Shown here one piece after another: positions 13,121 through 22,990 of a stretch of DNA of 64,000 nt. The DNA lies in the NCBI RefSeq assembly GCF_006345805.1, contig NC_043006.1:84320001-84384000 (forward strand), read 5' to 3'. Under the pieces are notes generated by a model. The model did no database searches and had not been told where the DNA came from. It saw only the letters and a list, made by a program, of their open reading frames with translations. Origin of the DNA: Octopus sinensis. Its lineage: Eukaryota. The translations under genes were made by a program, and so were the position numbers. Position 1 is the first letter of the stretch. Every line of letters begins with the position of its first letter.

Positions 13121-13505
13121 AGCCAAATCGGAACAGATATTTTTCACGAGGCATTCTCGTCCATGCCTCGCCAATATCTGACCTAAAATTTTCAAATCGT
13201 CGCACTCGCGCCAAATTTATCGGCAGCAAATAAATATAAGCCGCCGATTCCATTACGGAACCAACCAGAAAATTCATAATTAATCAATATAGGGAGGCAA
13301 AAAAAATTTTGTAGAATTCTTTTGCCCCCAGCGGCCTAGTGGGAAAAAATTAAATAGTCATAAACCATTTTTAAGTTCAATATCACAATCAAGGAACGGC
13401 CATAATAGGCCATTCACCCACTAGAAATAACAGCCAAAAAGCTTCAACCGCAAAATAACATTAATTCCGTAAACCAGGAGAAAATTAAAAAACATTTACC
13501 CTGAA

Positions 13506-13612
13506 ATTCCTTATACGATGCACCGTTTCTTCTACTGTTTAATGTAAAACTAACCTGATTAAATTAAATCAACCCAATCTACCATAGGCCCTTAGATTCA
13601 TCAGTAAGGAAT
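13506..13612 (-). ncRNA. Type I hammerhead ribozyme, array unit 8
   Basis: Core intact; minor changes in the stem II extension. Confidence 0.8.
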
Positions 13613-13862
13613 AGCCAAATCGGAACAGATATTTTTCACGAGGCATTCTCGTCCATGCCTCGCCAATATCTGACCTAAAATTTTCAAATCGTCGCACTCG
13701 CGCCAAATTTATCGGCAGCAAATAAATATAAGCCGCCGATTCCATTACGGAACCAACCAGAAAATTCATAATTAATCAATATAGGGAGGCAAAAAAAAAT
13801 TTTGTAGAATTCTTTTGCCCCCAGCGGCCTAGTGGGAAAAAAATTAAATAGTCATAAACCAT

Positions 13863-14413
13863 GGGGGCCAAAGAATTCTACAAAATTTTTTTTTTTTGCC
13901 TCCCTATATTGATTAATTATGAATTTTCTGGTTGGTTCCGTAATGGAATCGGCGGCTTATATTTATTTGCTGCCGATAAATTTGGCGCGAGTGCGACGAT
14001 TTGAAAATTTTAGGTCAGATATTGGCGAGGCATGGACGAGAATGCCTCGTGAAAAATATCTGTTCCGATTTGGCTATTCCTTACTGATGAATCTAAGGGC
14101 CTATGGTAGATTGGCTTGATTTAATTTAATCAGGTTAGTTTACCATTAAACAGTAGAAGAAACGGTGCATCGTATAAGGAATTTCAGGGTAAATGTTTTT
14201 TTAATTTTCTCCTGGTTTACAGAATTAATGTTATTTTGCGGTTGAAGCTTTTTGGCTGTTATTTCTAGTGGGTGAATGGCCTATTATGGCCGTTCCTTGA
14301 TTGTGATATTGAACTTAAAAATGGTTTATGACTATTTAATTTTTTTCCCACTAGGCCGCTGGGGGCAAAAGAATTCTACAAAATTTTTTTTTTTTTTGCC
14401 TCCCTATATTGAT

Positions 14414-14416
<3 letters not shown>
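13863..14416 (+). repeat. Inverted ~1.1-unit copy of the 491-bp repeat (fold-back)
   Basis: Reverse complement of ~13280-13822 with a 40-bp spacer (13823-13862). Followed by (AT)n at 14417-14461. Confidence 0.95.
14076..14182 (+). ncRNA. Type I hammerhead ribozyme (copy in the inverted unit)
   Basis: Stem I ATTCCTTA (14076-83) pairs with TAAGGAAT (14175-82). CTGATGA at 14084-90. Stem II TCTA/TAGA encloses a 19-bp hairpin (14103-21/14128-46). GAAA at 14159-62. Stem III A-CGG-tgca-TCG-T. GUA cleavage triplet at 14172-74. Confidence 0.85.
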
Positions 14417-14462
<46 letters not shown>

Positions 14463-14721
14463 TTCAAACATTTGTGGAATATATTACCTTTGAAAAGAAA
14501 ATTTTGAAATATAAATAAGTATATGAAAATAAATAAAAATATAAATGCACTTGGTGTACTCTGAGAATGGACTCGATTTAGTTTCACTTTCGGTTTTTCC
14601 TTTATTTACTTATCTATTTATTTATTTATTTTGTATATTTACGTATATGTTGACGTTGCTTTTGTGCTTCTTTCTTTCACTGTATAATATCGGTATTATG
14701 AAACAACTTTTCTAAAGAGCG

Positions 14722-14761
<40 letters not shown>

Positions 14762-14909
14762 TCCGTCTTAATTATTTTCTATTTACCTTCTGTTTATTTC
14801 CCTGTTGTACCTGCCTCGTCTTTATCGGCACACCACCATACAAAGCTTCCGGTCATATCCGAACTACCATCAACCATACTCGCCCCGTCATCACCTATCC
14901 TCAAATTCA

Positions 14910-14923
14910 ATCACCATCATCAT

Positions 14924-14955
<32 letters not shown>

Positions 14956-15069
14956 CCATCATCATCACCATCATCACCATCATCATCATCGTCATCGTCA
15001 TCGTCATCATCATCATCATCATCATCACCATCATCATCACCATCATCACCATCATCATCATCGTCATCG

Positions 15070-15113
<44 letters not shown>

Positions 15114-15258
15114 GTCATCATCATCATCGTCATCATCATCATCATCGTCATCATCATCATCATCGTCATCATCATCATCATCATCATCGTCATCAACAAC
15201 GTCATCGTGATCGTGATCGTGATCGTGATCGTGATCGTCATCATCATCATCATCACCA
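14910..15258. repeat. (CAT)n/(CGT)/(CAC) trinucleotide repeat
   Basis: Direct reading. Confidence 0.95.
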
Positions 15259-15341
15259 CCTATATATTGAAAATTCAGCAATCGATACCATTACTAAAAC
15301 CACTGTGACTACCACTAACATCTGCACCACTACTGACATAC

Positions 15342-15554
15342 TGGTTTCAAATTCTGGTGCGAGGCCAGCAATTTCAGAGTTGGTTGAGGGTGGCAAGTCG
15401 ATTACATTGATCGTAGTGTTTCACTGGTACTTAATTTATGGGTCCTGAAAGCATGAAAGGCAAAGTCGACTTCGGCGGAATTTGAACTCAGGACATACGG
15501 ACGAGATGCCGCTAAGCATTTGGCTAGACGTGCTAACGAATCTACCAGCTCACC
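15342..15554 (-). mobile_element. SINE family A
   Basis: Family core present. Confidence 0.85.
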
Positions 15555-15569
15555 ATATATATATATATT

Positions 15570-15727
15570 CGCCATGATAGATCGCTAGCCACTACACACA
15601 TTTTTCTCTCTCCTTGTTTCTTTCTGCGTTCCTTTCTCTGGAAGAGCTCGAAACGTTAAAGACTTTTTCAATTCCCGAGCGTTCTACACCACCTGTCTTC
15701 GTCTTCTGTTTTTTTGTGAATTCTCCC
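15570..15727 (+). mobile_element. Probable Penelope-like terminal-repeat fragment with degenerate hammerhead-like motif, between (AT)n runs
   Basis: cttt-ctctgga-agagctc-gaaacgtt-aaag resembles a minimal hammerhead with a mutated core and deleted stem II. Confidence 0.4.
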
Positions 15728-16462
15728 TATATATATATCGTTTTTTAGTGTGTTTTTCGCTCTATATTAACGTATTATTTTCGGATTTAGCACATTTTGA
15801 ATCAAACTTGCATCGTTTCAAGCAAATTCGAGGTCTGTGCAGTTTCAGGAAAAAATATATAAATTTGTTTTCATGACTGTATATAAATCTAGACTGATCC
15901 AAATTTCTCTTCTTTCCGGCTGACGACGGTTATTGCTTGCATTTCCGTGCTTGTAGTGTTTATCTCGACCTGATAGACAGATAAGGGTTCTGCTTTTGCT
16001 TTGGAATAAAAATAAGAGAAGGATATAATTTAGAATTAAATTAAGCAGAAATAAGTCTCTGATGCAATTTTGATGAAGTTAAACCGCAGGGGATTCGTTT
16101 ATATTTTGTCTAGTAAAAATTATTTCATTATTGATGCAACGTAATGTTTTCTCAGTTCAGTTAGTCTACGTATAATATCAAATTATGCAGGAATCCACTA
16201 GCTTGCACCACAAACTTGGTTTATGGTGCAAGCTAATGAATTTCTGTTTTAAGATGAATTCCAGGTGTGTTTTGCGAAATAATTATAGTAATAGCTCTCC
16301 GGACAGTTGAAGTTGTACTGGTTGACTTTAATCTGCAGTAATTATTTTACGCATACATATGCATAGTTGAATTGTATGGAGTTTCATTCGAATATCGACA
16401 CCCCGTGAAGACTTTGTTGTAGCTTCAATGTGTGTGTGTGTGTGTGTGTGCGTATCCTTTCT

Positions 16463-16729
16463 CTTTTATTTGTTTTAGCCATTAGACTGTGGCCAAGCTG
16501 GGGCACCGTCTTGTAGAATTTCAGCCGAATGAATTGACTCCAGTACTTATCTTTTTGTATAACCTTTTACTGATTCTGTCGGTCTTTTTTTTTTTTGCGG
16601 AACTGCTAAGATACGGGGACGTAGAAACACCAACGCCGGCTGTCAAGCGATGGCGGGGGAACAAACACAGACACAGACAGACACACACACACGCACAGAC
16701 AGACAGACAGACAGACACACGCACCCACG

Positions 16730-16765
<36 letters not shown>

Positions 16766-16920
16766 ACGGGGCTCTTTCAGTTTCTGTCTACCAAATCTAC
16801 TCACAAGTCTGGTCGGCTGGTGGCTGTAGTAGAAGACACTTGCCCGAGGTGCTACGCAGTGGAATTGAATCTAGAACCATGTGGTTGCGAAGCAAGCTTT
16901 TTACCACACAGCCACGTCTG
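16463..16920 (-). mobile_element. tRNA-derived SINE family B, full length with internal (CA) tract
   Basis: The minus strand begins gtggctgtgtggtaaaaagcttgcttcgcaaccacatggttctagattcaattcc; homologous to 32182-32560. Confidence 0.85.
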
Positions 16921-17247
16921 TTAGAAATTTAAAAATTATTTCCGACTGTCAATGGTTTTGCAGGTAACGAATGTAGCCGGTTCTGGAAACTTGTTGCATT
17001 TGTTCCCAGTTTTCAGAAACACATTTCTGTGAGGTGTCTTGCATCCATTTAGATCAGAAGTAATACAATAAAGTACCTATCATATATTGAGTAGCAGGGA
17101 GTGAATCGACAGTACTCTGCATTCTTAAATTTGTGGTTTCATTCTCATGTTATTAAGATAAAAGAATTTAGAAGACAGAATCAGCAGAGCGGCAGGCAGA
17201 ACATCTTGCTGTATTAAGTTAGGCCTCTTTTAATCAGTGATAAATAA

Positions 17248-17384
17248 GCTGCGGCCTGCGCAACCTTCTGAATGGCTCGCCTAACGAAAAATTATCATGA
17301 AATTTTTCAGTTGTGAGACACGCCTCATGATGGGCTATGTTCCATGCGACTTGGCCCGCTGCTCGAAAAAGGTTGCCCATCCCT
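17248..17384. mobile_element. Small hAT-type MITE remnant
   Basis: The right end aaaaaggttgcccatccctg is partly complementary to the left end ggcctgcgcaaccttc. Confidence 0.5.
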
Positions 17385-17472
17385 GCTTTAAATTCTGAAT
17401 CCAATTCTAAATTAAATTGACAAAACCTTTTACACTTACGTGGTCGATAAATTAAAAAAAAATTACTGCTTA

Positions 17473-17879
17473 AAACTTCGCGAAAAACACGCGATGAATG
17501 TATTTGAGAATTTTCAGAGTTAGTGAAGCAAGTATGTACAGCTTAACTGGATCGGCATAATGCACCGTAAAATACTTGTAGTCTGTGTTGATATCAGAAT
17601 TTAATATTTCCATAACAGTCTCAAAAAAGAATCAGCGGTTTGGAAGTTTTATAGCTTTGGTTTGGTTTGTAATGCTTCAAATAAATTTGAATTCTGTGAA
17701 ATATCAAACAGATGTCAACTTCTAATTTTGTTGCAGGAAGTGTATAAAATCTGGATAAATACTAATTTCTTTTATTCATTTCCGGTTGACGACGGTTCTG
17801 CTTATGTTTAGAAGCTGTACATCCTTGCTTCACTCTCTCTGAAAATTCTCAGACATTCATCGTGTTTTTCGCGAGGTTT
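17473..17879. mobile_element. MITE-like element with ~70-bp imperfect terminal inverted repeats
   Basis: 17476-17544 (cttcgcgaaaaacac...gaagcaagtatgtacagctt) is the inverse of 17812-17876 (aagctgtacatccttgcttcac...gtgtttttcgcgagg). Confidence 0.6.
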
Positions 17880-18967
17880 CTAACAAACACAGAAATAAAC
17901 GTATAATTATAAATAACAAGAAAATTGCAGCAAAGCTGTGTGATAATAGTGTTAGACGTGGCATGCAGGCCATCATATAACTTTTTATTCTTCTCTTCCG
18001 TTTTACGAATTCAGTGTGCACATGCACATTGCGAGTTCATACTTCTTTTTCCTTTTCCGACACAAAACTGTTTACAGATCACAACCACCCCACGAACCTG
18101 CGTTCGTGTGGAGCACTTTGCACTCCGGTGGTTGTGAAAAAGCGAAGGACGGAAAAGAAAAAAATAAAATATATGAAAAGAGACTGAAAAACATTGAATC
18201 TTTAAAATATCGTCATTGGTGTCTTTATGAATTCTGTTTGTATGCGTGTGTGTATTTGCATGTGTATACCCGTGTGTGGTGCATGTGTATGTGAATGTGC
18301 GCGTGTGTGTATATGTGTGTGTGCGTATGTGCGTGCGTGTATGTGCGTGCGTGTATGTGCGTGCGTGTATGTGCGTGCGTGTATGTATGTGTGTCTGCAC
18401 TTATCTCTGCGTGCATGCGTATATATGTACGTGAGCATGTGTTTCATTACTGTAGATAAAGTTACAGTCAATAAATATTTCAATTTTTACAGTTCAGCTT
18501 GATGTTATTACCCATCCTACGGCCAACAGAATCCCTCTCAATAGAAATTAATAGAACATAAAAAAAAAGGAACTAGTTTGGATTTTGGAATTATCTTAGA
18601 ACAAGGCAGTCAGTTCTATAACTGAAATTGCCTCTTTGTAGTCTACAAGTACTCAATAAATTCATTGAAACGGAGATTGTTGCAGAAAACGTGCAAACCA
18701 CACTTTAAAATGTTCCAGATTATTCCGTGGATATTCGCAGAGATTTCATAACTAGAGAAATCCTTTACTCTGTGGGTGAACTTTCTCTAGTTTTACGATT
18801 ACCAAATTCCGTACATGCTGCAAGAGATGTCTTCTGGAACTCAGCTGAGTAAACTACGCGTTTGACTTCTCCAAGAACATTCCTTCTCATAATTTGCTTT
18901 CAGAGACTCCTTCAGTTTCAAACCACGTTGTGTCACTGGATATCAACATTGGCCAGCAACAGTAGTA

Positions 18968-19371
18968 ATAATAGTCCTTTCTACTGAAGGCACAAGGCCT
19001 GAAATTGTGGGGGGGGGGGTCTAGTTGATTACGCCGACCTCAGTACTCAACTGGTACTTATTTTATCGAACCTCACAAGATGAAAGGCAAAGTCAACCTC
19101 GGCGGAATTTCAACTCAGGATGTAGCGGCAGACGAAATACCTATTTCTTAATTACCCACAAGGGGCTAAACACATAGGGGACAAACAAGGACAGACATCG
19201 GTATTAAGTCGATTACATCGACCCCAGTGCGTAACTGGTACTTAATTTATCGACCCCGAAAGGATGAAAGGCAAAGTCGACCTCGGCGGAATTTGAACTC
19301 ACAACGTAACGCAGACGAAATACCGCTAAGCATTTAGCCCGGTGTGCTAACGATTCTGCCAGCTCACTGCC

Positions 19372-19373
<2 letters not shown>
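18968..19373 (-). mobile_element. Two adjacent or nested SINE family A copies (18968-19140 and 19141-19373)
   Basis: Two family cores. The first copy stops at gacgaaatac, where the tail of the second begins. Confidence 0.85.
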
Positions 19374-19432
<59 letters not shown>

Positions 19433-19466
19433 TGATGATGATGATGATAATAATAATAATAATAAT

Positions 19467-20005
19467 ATACCAGGTAGTGCTCTCATGGCTTCTGATCTTA
19501 ACTGATAAGAAGTGTTATCATGTACATTGTTTTGTCTTGGTATACAAGATGGGCTATAGCAAATATTCTGCTCAATACCACAGATTTGCTTGCCAGTTGT
19601 TTGACCGTAACCAGTTGAGTATGTCCCTTAGTGGCTGACGATATGTGCATCTCTGATCATGAGCAAAAATACTGGGGGAGCATCATAGCTATGTGTTGAG
19701 AGGAATTCTTTGGGGTTTGGATAATTCATCTCTGGAAACATGGGTGTTTTGTTCATCTTCCTTAAACAACCCTTATTAAGGGATCTTTTGAACGGGATGG
19801 CCTCCTCGACCAGAAGGATATTCTAACTGGGCTCTATTGCAAGATCATTCGCTGTTTATCTTGATATGAGATCACCATGTCGTGCACATATTTGTGATGC
19901 ATGTGCCTGGTGTACTCTTATCAGACGGGTAGTCATGATGGGTATACTGGGCTTTGTATATTTTACCCCAGTGTCACTTTGATGGCATGCACTGCTCTCT
20001 CACTC
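19467..20005 (+). mobile_element. Unclassified ~540-bp repeat (element D) flanked by (TAA)n on both sides
   Basis: The 3' 220 bp are shared with 4884-5110. (TAA/TGA)n at 19374-19466 and (AAT)n from 20006. Confidence 0.7.
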
Positions 20006-20056
<51 letters not shown>

Positions 20057-20137
20057 GATAATAATAATAATAATAAAATAATCCTAAGCGTTATAACTAA
20101 GGATAAGAATACAAATAACAATAATACTAACATCAAC

Positions 20138-20269
20138 AATGGTTTCAAATTTTGGCACAAGGCCAGCAATTTCGCTAAGTCGATTACATCAGTCCCGAAA
20201 GGATGAAAGGCAAAGTCGACCTCAGCAGCATTTGAACTCAGAACGTAAAGATGGACGAAATACCGCTAA
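20138..20269 (-). mobile_element. SINE family A, internally deleted
   Basis: Partial family core. Confidence 0.75.
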
Positions 20270-20389
20270 TCAAGAATAATAACAATAATAATAATAACAA
20301 TGTCTATAATAACAATAACGATAGCGCGAATAATAACGGTAACAATAAAATTAATGATGATAACCACAACACCACCAGCACCAGCAACA

Positions 20390-20790
20390 GCACCAACACC
20401 ACCACCACCGCCGCCGCCACCACCACCACCACACCACCGCCACCACCACCGCCACCACCACCACCACCACCACGACTACCACCGAAACCACCAGCACCAG
20501 CACCAGCACCAGCACCAGCACTACCACCAAAACCACTACCATCAACACCACAACCACCACCGCCGCCGCCTCTACCGCTGCCGCCTCTACCGCCGCTGCT
20601 GCCGCCTCTACCGCCGCCGCTGTCGCCGCCGCCGCTGTCGCCGCCGCCGCTGTCGCCGCCGCCGCTGTCGCCGCCGCCGCCGCCGCTGTCGCCGCCGCCG
20701 CTACCGCTACCACCGCCGCCGCCGCTACCACTACCGCCGCCACCACCACCACCACCAGCAACAACAACAACAACGACGACATCGACGATG
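20390..20790. repeat. GC-rich (CAC)/(GCC) degenerate trinucleotide tract
   Basis: Direct reading; source of the polyproline ORFs. Confidence 0.9.
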
Positions 20791-21061
20791 GTGACAACAG
20801 CTTCTAATGTTGATGTCGGATTAATTAGAAAAGCGAAATACATAATTATAATAAATATTTTTATTATCATGAAACAATTCTCCTAAATTACATATCCTCA
20901 GGTATGTTTTCAAATGCATGGATGCTTGTGTTTTTTTTTTTCATTCAAATAAACATACACGGAATTATCCAGTGTTGTTTTGACATTTTGCTATTCAGAA
21001 TTTTGGCTGATAATTATTTTCTATGTTATCATCATCATGATCATCATCATTATTATTATTA

Positions 21062-21097
<36 letters not shown>

Positions 21098-21114
21098 TAT
21101 TATTATTATTATGT

Positions 21115-21268
21115 AAAGCGGTGAACTGGCAGAATCATTAGCACGCTGCCTTCATCCTTTTGGGGTCGATAAATTAAGTACCAGTTGAACACAGGTGGTC
21201 GATGTAATCGACTAGCCCCCTTCCTCTCAAATTGCTGCCCTTGTGACAAAATTTGAAAACCATTATTA
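21115..21268 (+). mobile_element. SINE family A, internally deleted
   Basis: Head plus 3' core. Confidence 0.75.
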
Positions 21269-21321
21269 TTGGTAGTAGTGTTATAGAGCAACAACCACAT
21301 AATAATAATAATAATAATAAT

Positions 21322-22480
21322 TGATCTGCTATATGTAGATTGTAGAATATTAAATGAGGTACGAGTAAGGGAGAAGAATTTAGCGGTTGTATGGATTGTT
21401 TACAGGAAGGCTTATGACAATGTTTACACAGCGGACACTTGGAGAGTCTGAGGACGCTTCGAGTCAATGAGAAGATAAACATCATTTTGGAGAAAGTAAT
21501 GAGAAGTAGAACTGTCATGAGCAAATGAATCGCAAGGCAACGTGAAAATACGCAGGAGCATCTTGCAGGGAACACGCTCTCTCCATTACTCTTCGACATT
21601 GCGCTAATCCCTCTGACATGTATACTGAGAAAAGCCAGGCAGGCCTGTGTGTTTGCCAAATCCAGGATGAGAATAAATCACCCACTTTATATGGATGATC
21701 TCAAGCTGTATACAAAAAATGAGAAAAGGAAGAACAACAGAACAAACAAATGGAAAGACGTTGAGGTATATGGCCAATTTGTGCGACTAATCGAGAATGT
21801 TGGAAGTAAAATTTCTTGCTCTGGTTGACGGACAGGAACTTGAAGCAAGAGACAGAAACGTAATTATAATTCCTCAAGAACAAGCCCGTAGAACAAATCT
21901 GATAAAAGCAAAGATCGACAAAACTCAGACAGCAAATGCAGGAAATGAGAGGGAAGTATCAATCAACGTTTGAGTGAATGCGGTATTCTAGCACTAAAGG
22001 TAAATAAGCAGAGATATGACTGCTTAAGCAAAAGAGTGCATTTGGATGTCAGCATGTAGCTTCAAAACAACAGAAAAGTGATATGAACACGAACTTGAGG
22101 CTGTGATAGAAAATGAGAATTACAGGGTCTTGTGGGACTTCCTCATAAACACTGATCTTACTATTGAAGCAAAAAAAAAAAGGGATATGATTATTGAGGA
22201 CACAGTAAACAGTGTAAGGTCAAACATTTTGTAATTCCATTTCATAGCAGAGTTGATACCAAAGAAATTGAAATAATTGAAAAATATCAGGATCTAACCA
22301 GCGAACTGAAGAAACTGGAAGACCAAGACCCAAAATGATGCCTAAAAGACTAAAAGAGATTGGAATTGAAACTCACATTGTTGACCCGCAGAAAAGAACT
22401 ATCCCAAATACTGCAAGAATCCTAAGGCAGATTCTTGAGATTTGGGGAGACTTGTCACCAAACATCAAGACAAAATAATA
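21322..22480 (+). pseudogene. 5'-truncated, internally deleted R4/Dong-type retrotransposon (RT motifs plus endonuclease domain)
   Basis: Broken translation DLLYVDCRILNEVRVREKNLAVVWIVYRKAYD..RRSILQG..LSPLLF..INHPLYMDDLKLY (YMDD at 21688-99), then a jump to KW..YGQFVR..LKQETE..QEQA.RTNLIKAKID..VLWDFLI..EKYQDL..NTARILRQIL. Starts right after (AAT)n. Confidence 0.85.
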
Positions 22481-22502
22481 ACTAAATTAACGTGCACTAG
22501 CG

Positions 22503-22648
22503 CAATAATCCTTTGTGATATAGGTAGAAGGACTGAAATTGGATTGGGGCAGGAGATTAATCAATTATAGCTACCCCAGAACTCGACTGGTACTTATTTT
22601 ATCGACCTCGAAATGATGAAAGGCAAAGTCGACCTCAGCAGAATTTGA
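22503..22648 (-). mobile_element. SINE family A fragment
   Basis: Partial family core. Confidence 0.7.
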
Positions 22649-22659
22649 GCAGATTGTAA

Positions 22660-22990
22660 AGTCTTAAAGCCTTAAAGAATTGTCTGACGATTTTTGAAAG
22701 CTTTATATATGTTGATGTTTTCTTTTCTCGCGGAATAAAAGTTCTAGCAGGTATGCACTTCCAGAAAAGTGCAGTCTCATCAACATTGTATACTTGCTCT
22801 GATGTGTATCCTTCTTCAGAAATCATTTTCTTCAACTGTTCAAGATAATTAGTAGCAGCCTCTGTATCAGCGATCATAGTTTCACCAGTCATTTTTGTGT
22901 TGTGCAAATTCGTGTGCTTCATAAACCTTTCAAACCAGCCTTTATAAGTCAAAAAAAGTTTTTCATTTGAAGTTCCACATTCCTTTTCTC
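22660..22990 (-). pseudogene. pogo/Tigger (CENP-B-like DDE_1) transposase fragment
   Basis: ORF 22635-23003 reads KGWFERFMKHTNLHNTKMTGE..ADTEAA..EEGYTSEQVYNVDETALFWKCIPARTFI, matching the Tigger GWF..F and N.DETGLFWK motifs. Confidence 0.9.

Larger units (their letters stand above)
9936..13862 (-). repeat. Tandem array of a ~491-bp unit, 8 direct copies (last one ~10 bp short), each with a hammerhead ribozyme on the minus strand
   Basis: Unit start atatcacaatcaagg at 9936, 10426, 10925, 11417, 11907, 12398, 12889 and 13380. Copies differ mostly by small indels. Preceded by (TA)n. Confidence 0.97.

Noticed and set aside
9936-13862. Array as CRISPR, rDNA/5S, tRNA or snRNA cluster, or a second antisense ribozyme
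   Set aside because: Units are near-identical with no spacers and no cas genes. I found no cloverleaf or 5S/snRNA similarity. The opposite strand has only CTGATTA, CTGAAAT and CTGACCT, with no matching stems.
14040-14100. Type II hammerhead reading using the upstream GAAA at ~14051
   Set aside because: Stems I and II do not pair in that topology; the type I reading with the downstream GAAA pairs fully.
13919-14119. 66-aa ORF (MNFLVGSVMESAA...) repeated in array units on the ribozyme strand
   Set aside because: The ORF track shows it in only 6 of 9 units. It has no recognisable motif and overlaps structured RNA and the ribozyme core, so it is most likely incidental. Ribo-seq or proteomics would be needed to revive it.
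19488-19515. Reverse-strand similarity to U2 snRNA (ttcttatcagtt.a..atc.ga)
   Set aside because: Only about 20 nt, no flanking U2 sequence, and it lies inside element D; probably chance.
20251-20886. Polyproline (formin/extensin-like) ORF and similar low-complexity ORFs at 5718-6295, 14805-15308, 39769-40334, 41649-42103 and 46353-46941
   Set aside because: All frames are open because of triplet repeats. There is no non-repetitive domain or convincing splice context.
20895-20910. Isolated splice-like signals (cag|gtatgt here; ttgcag| at 16960 and 17730)
   Set aside because: No paired acceptor/donor enclosing a plausible coding exon.
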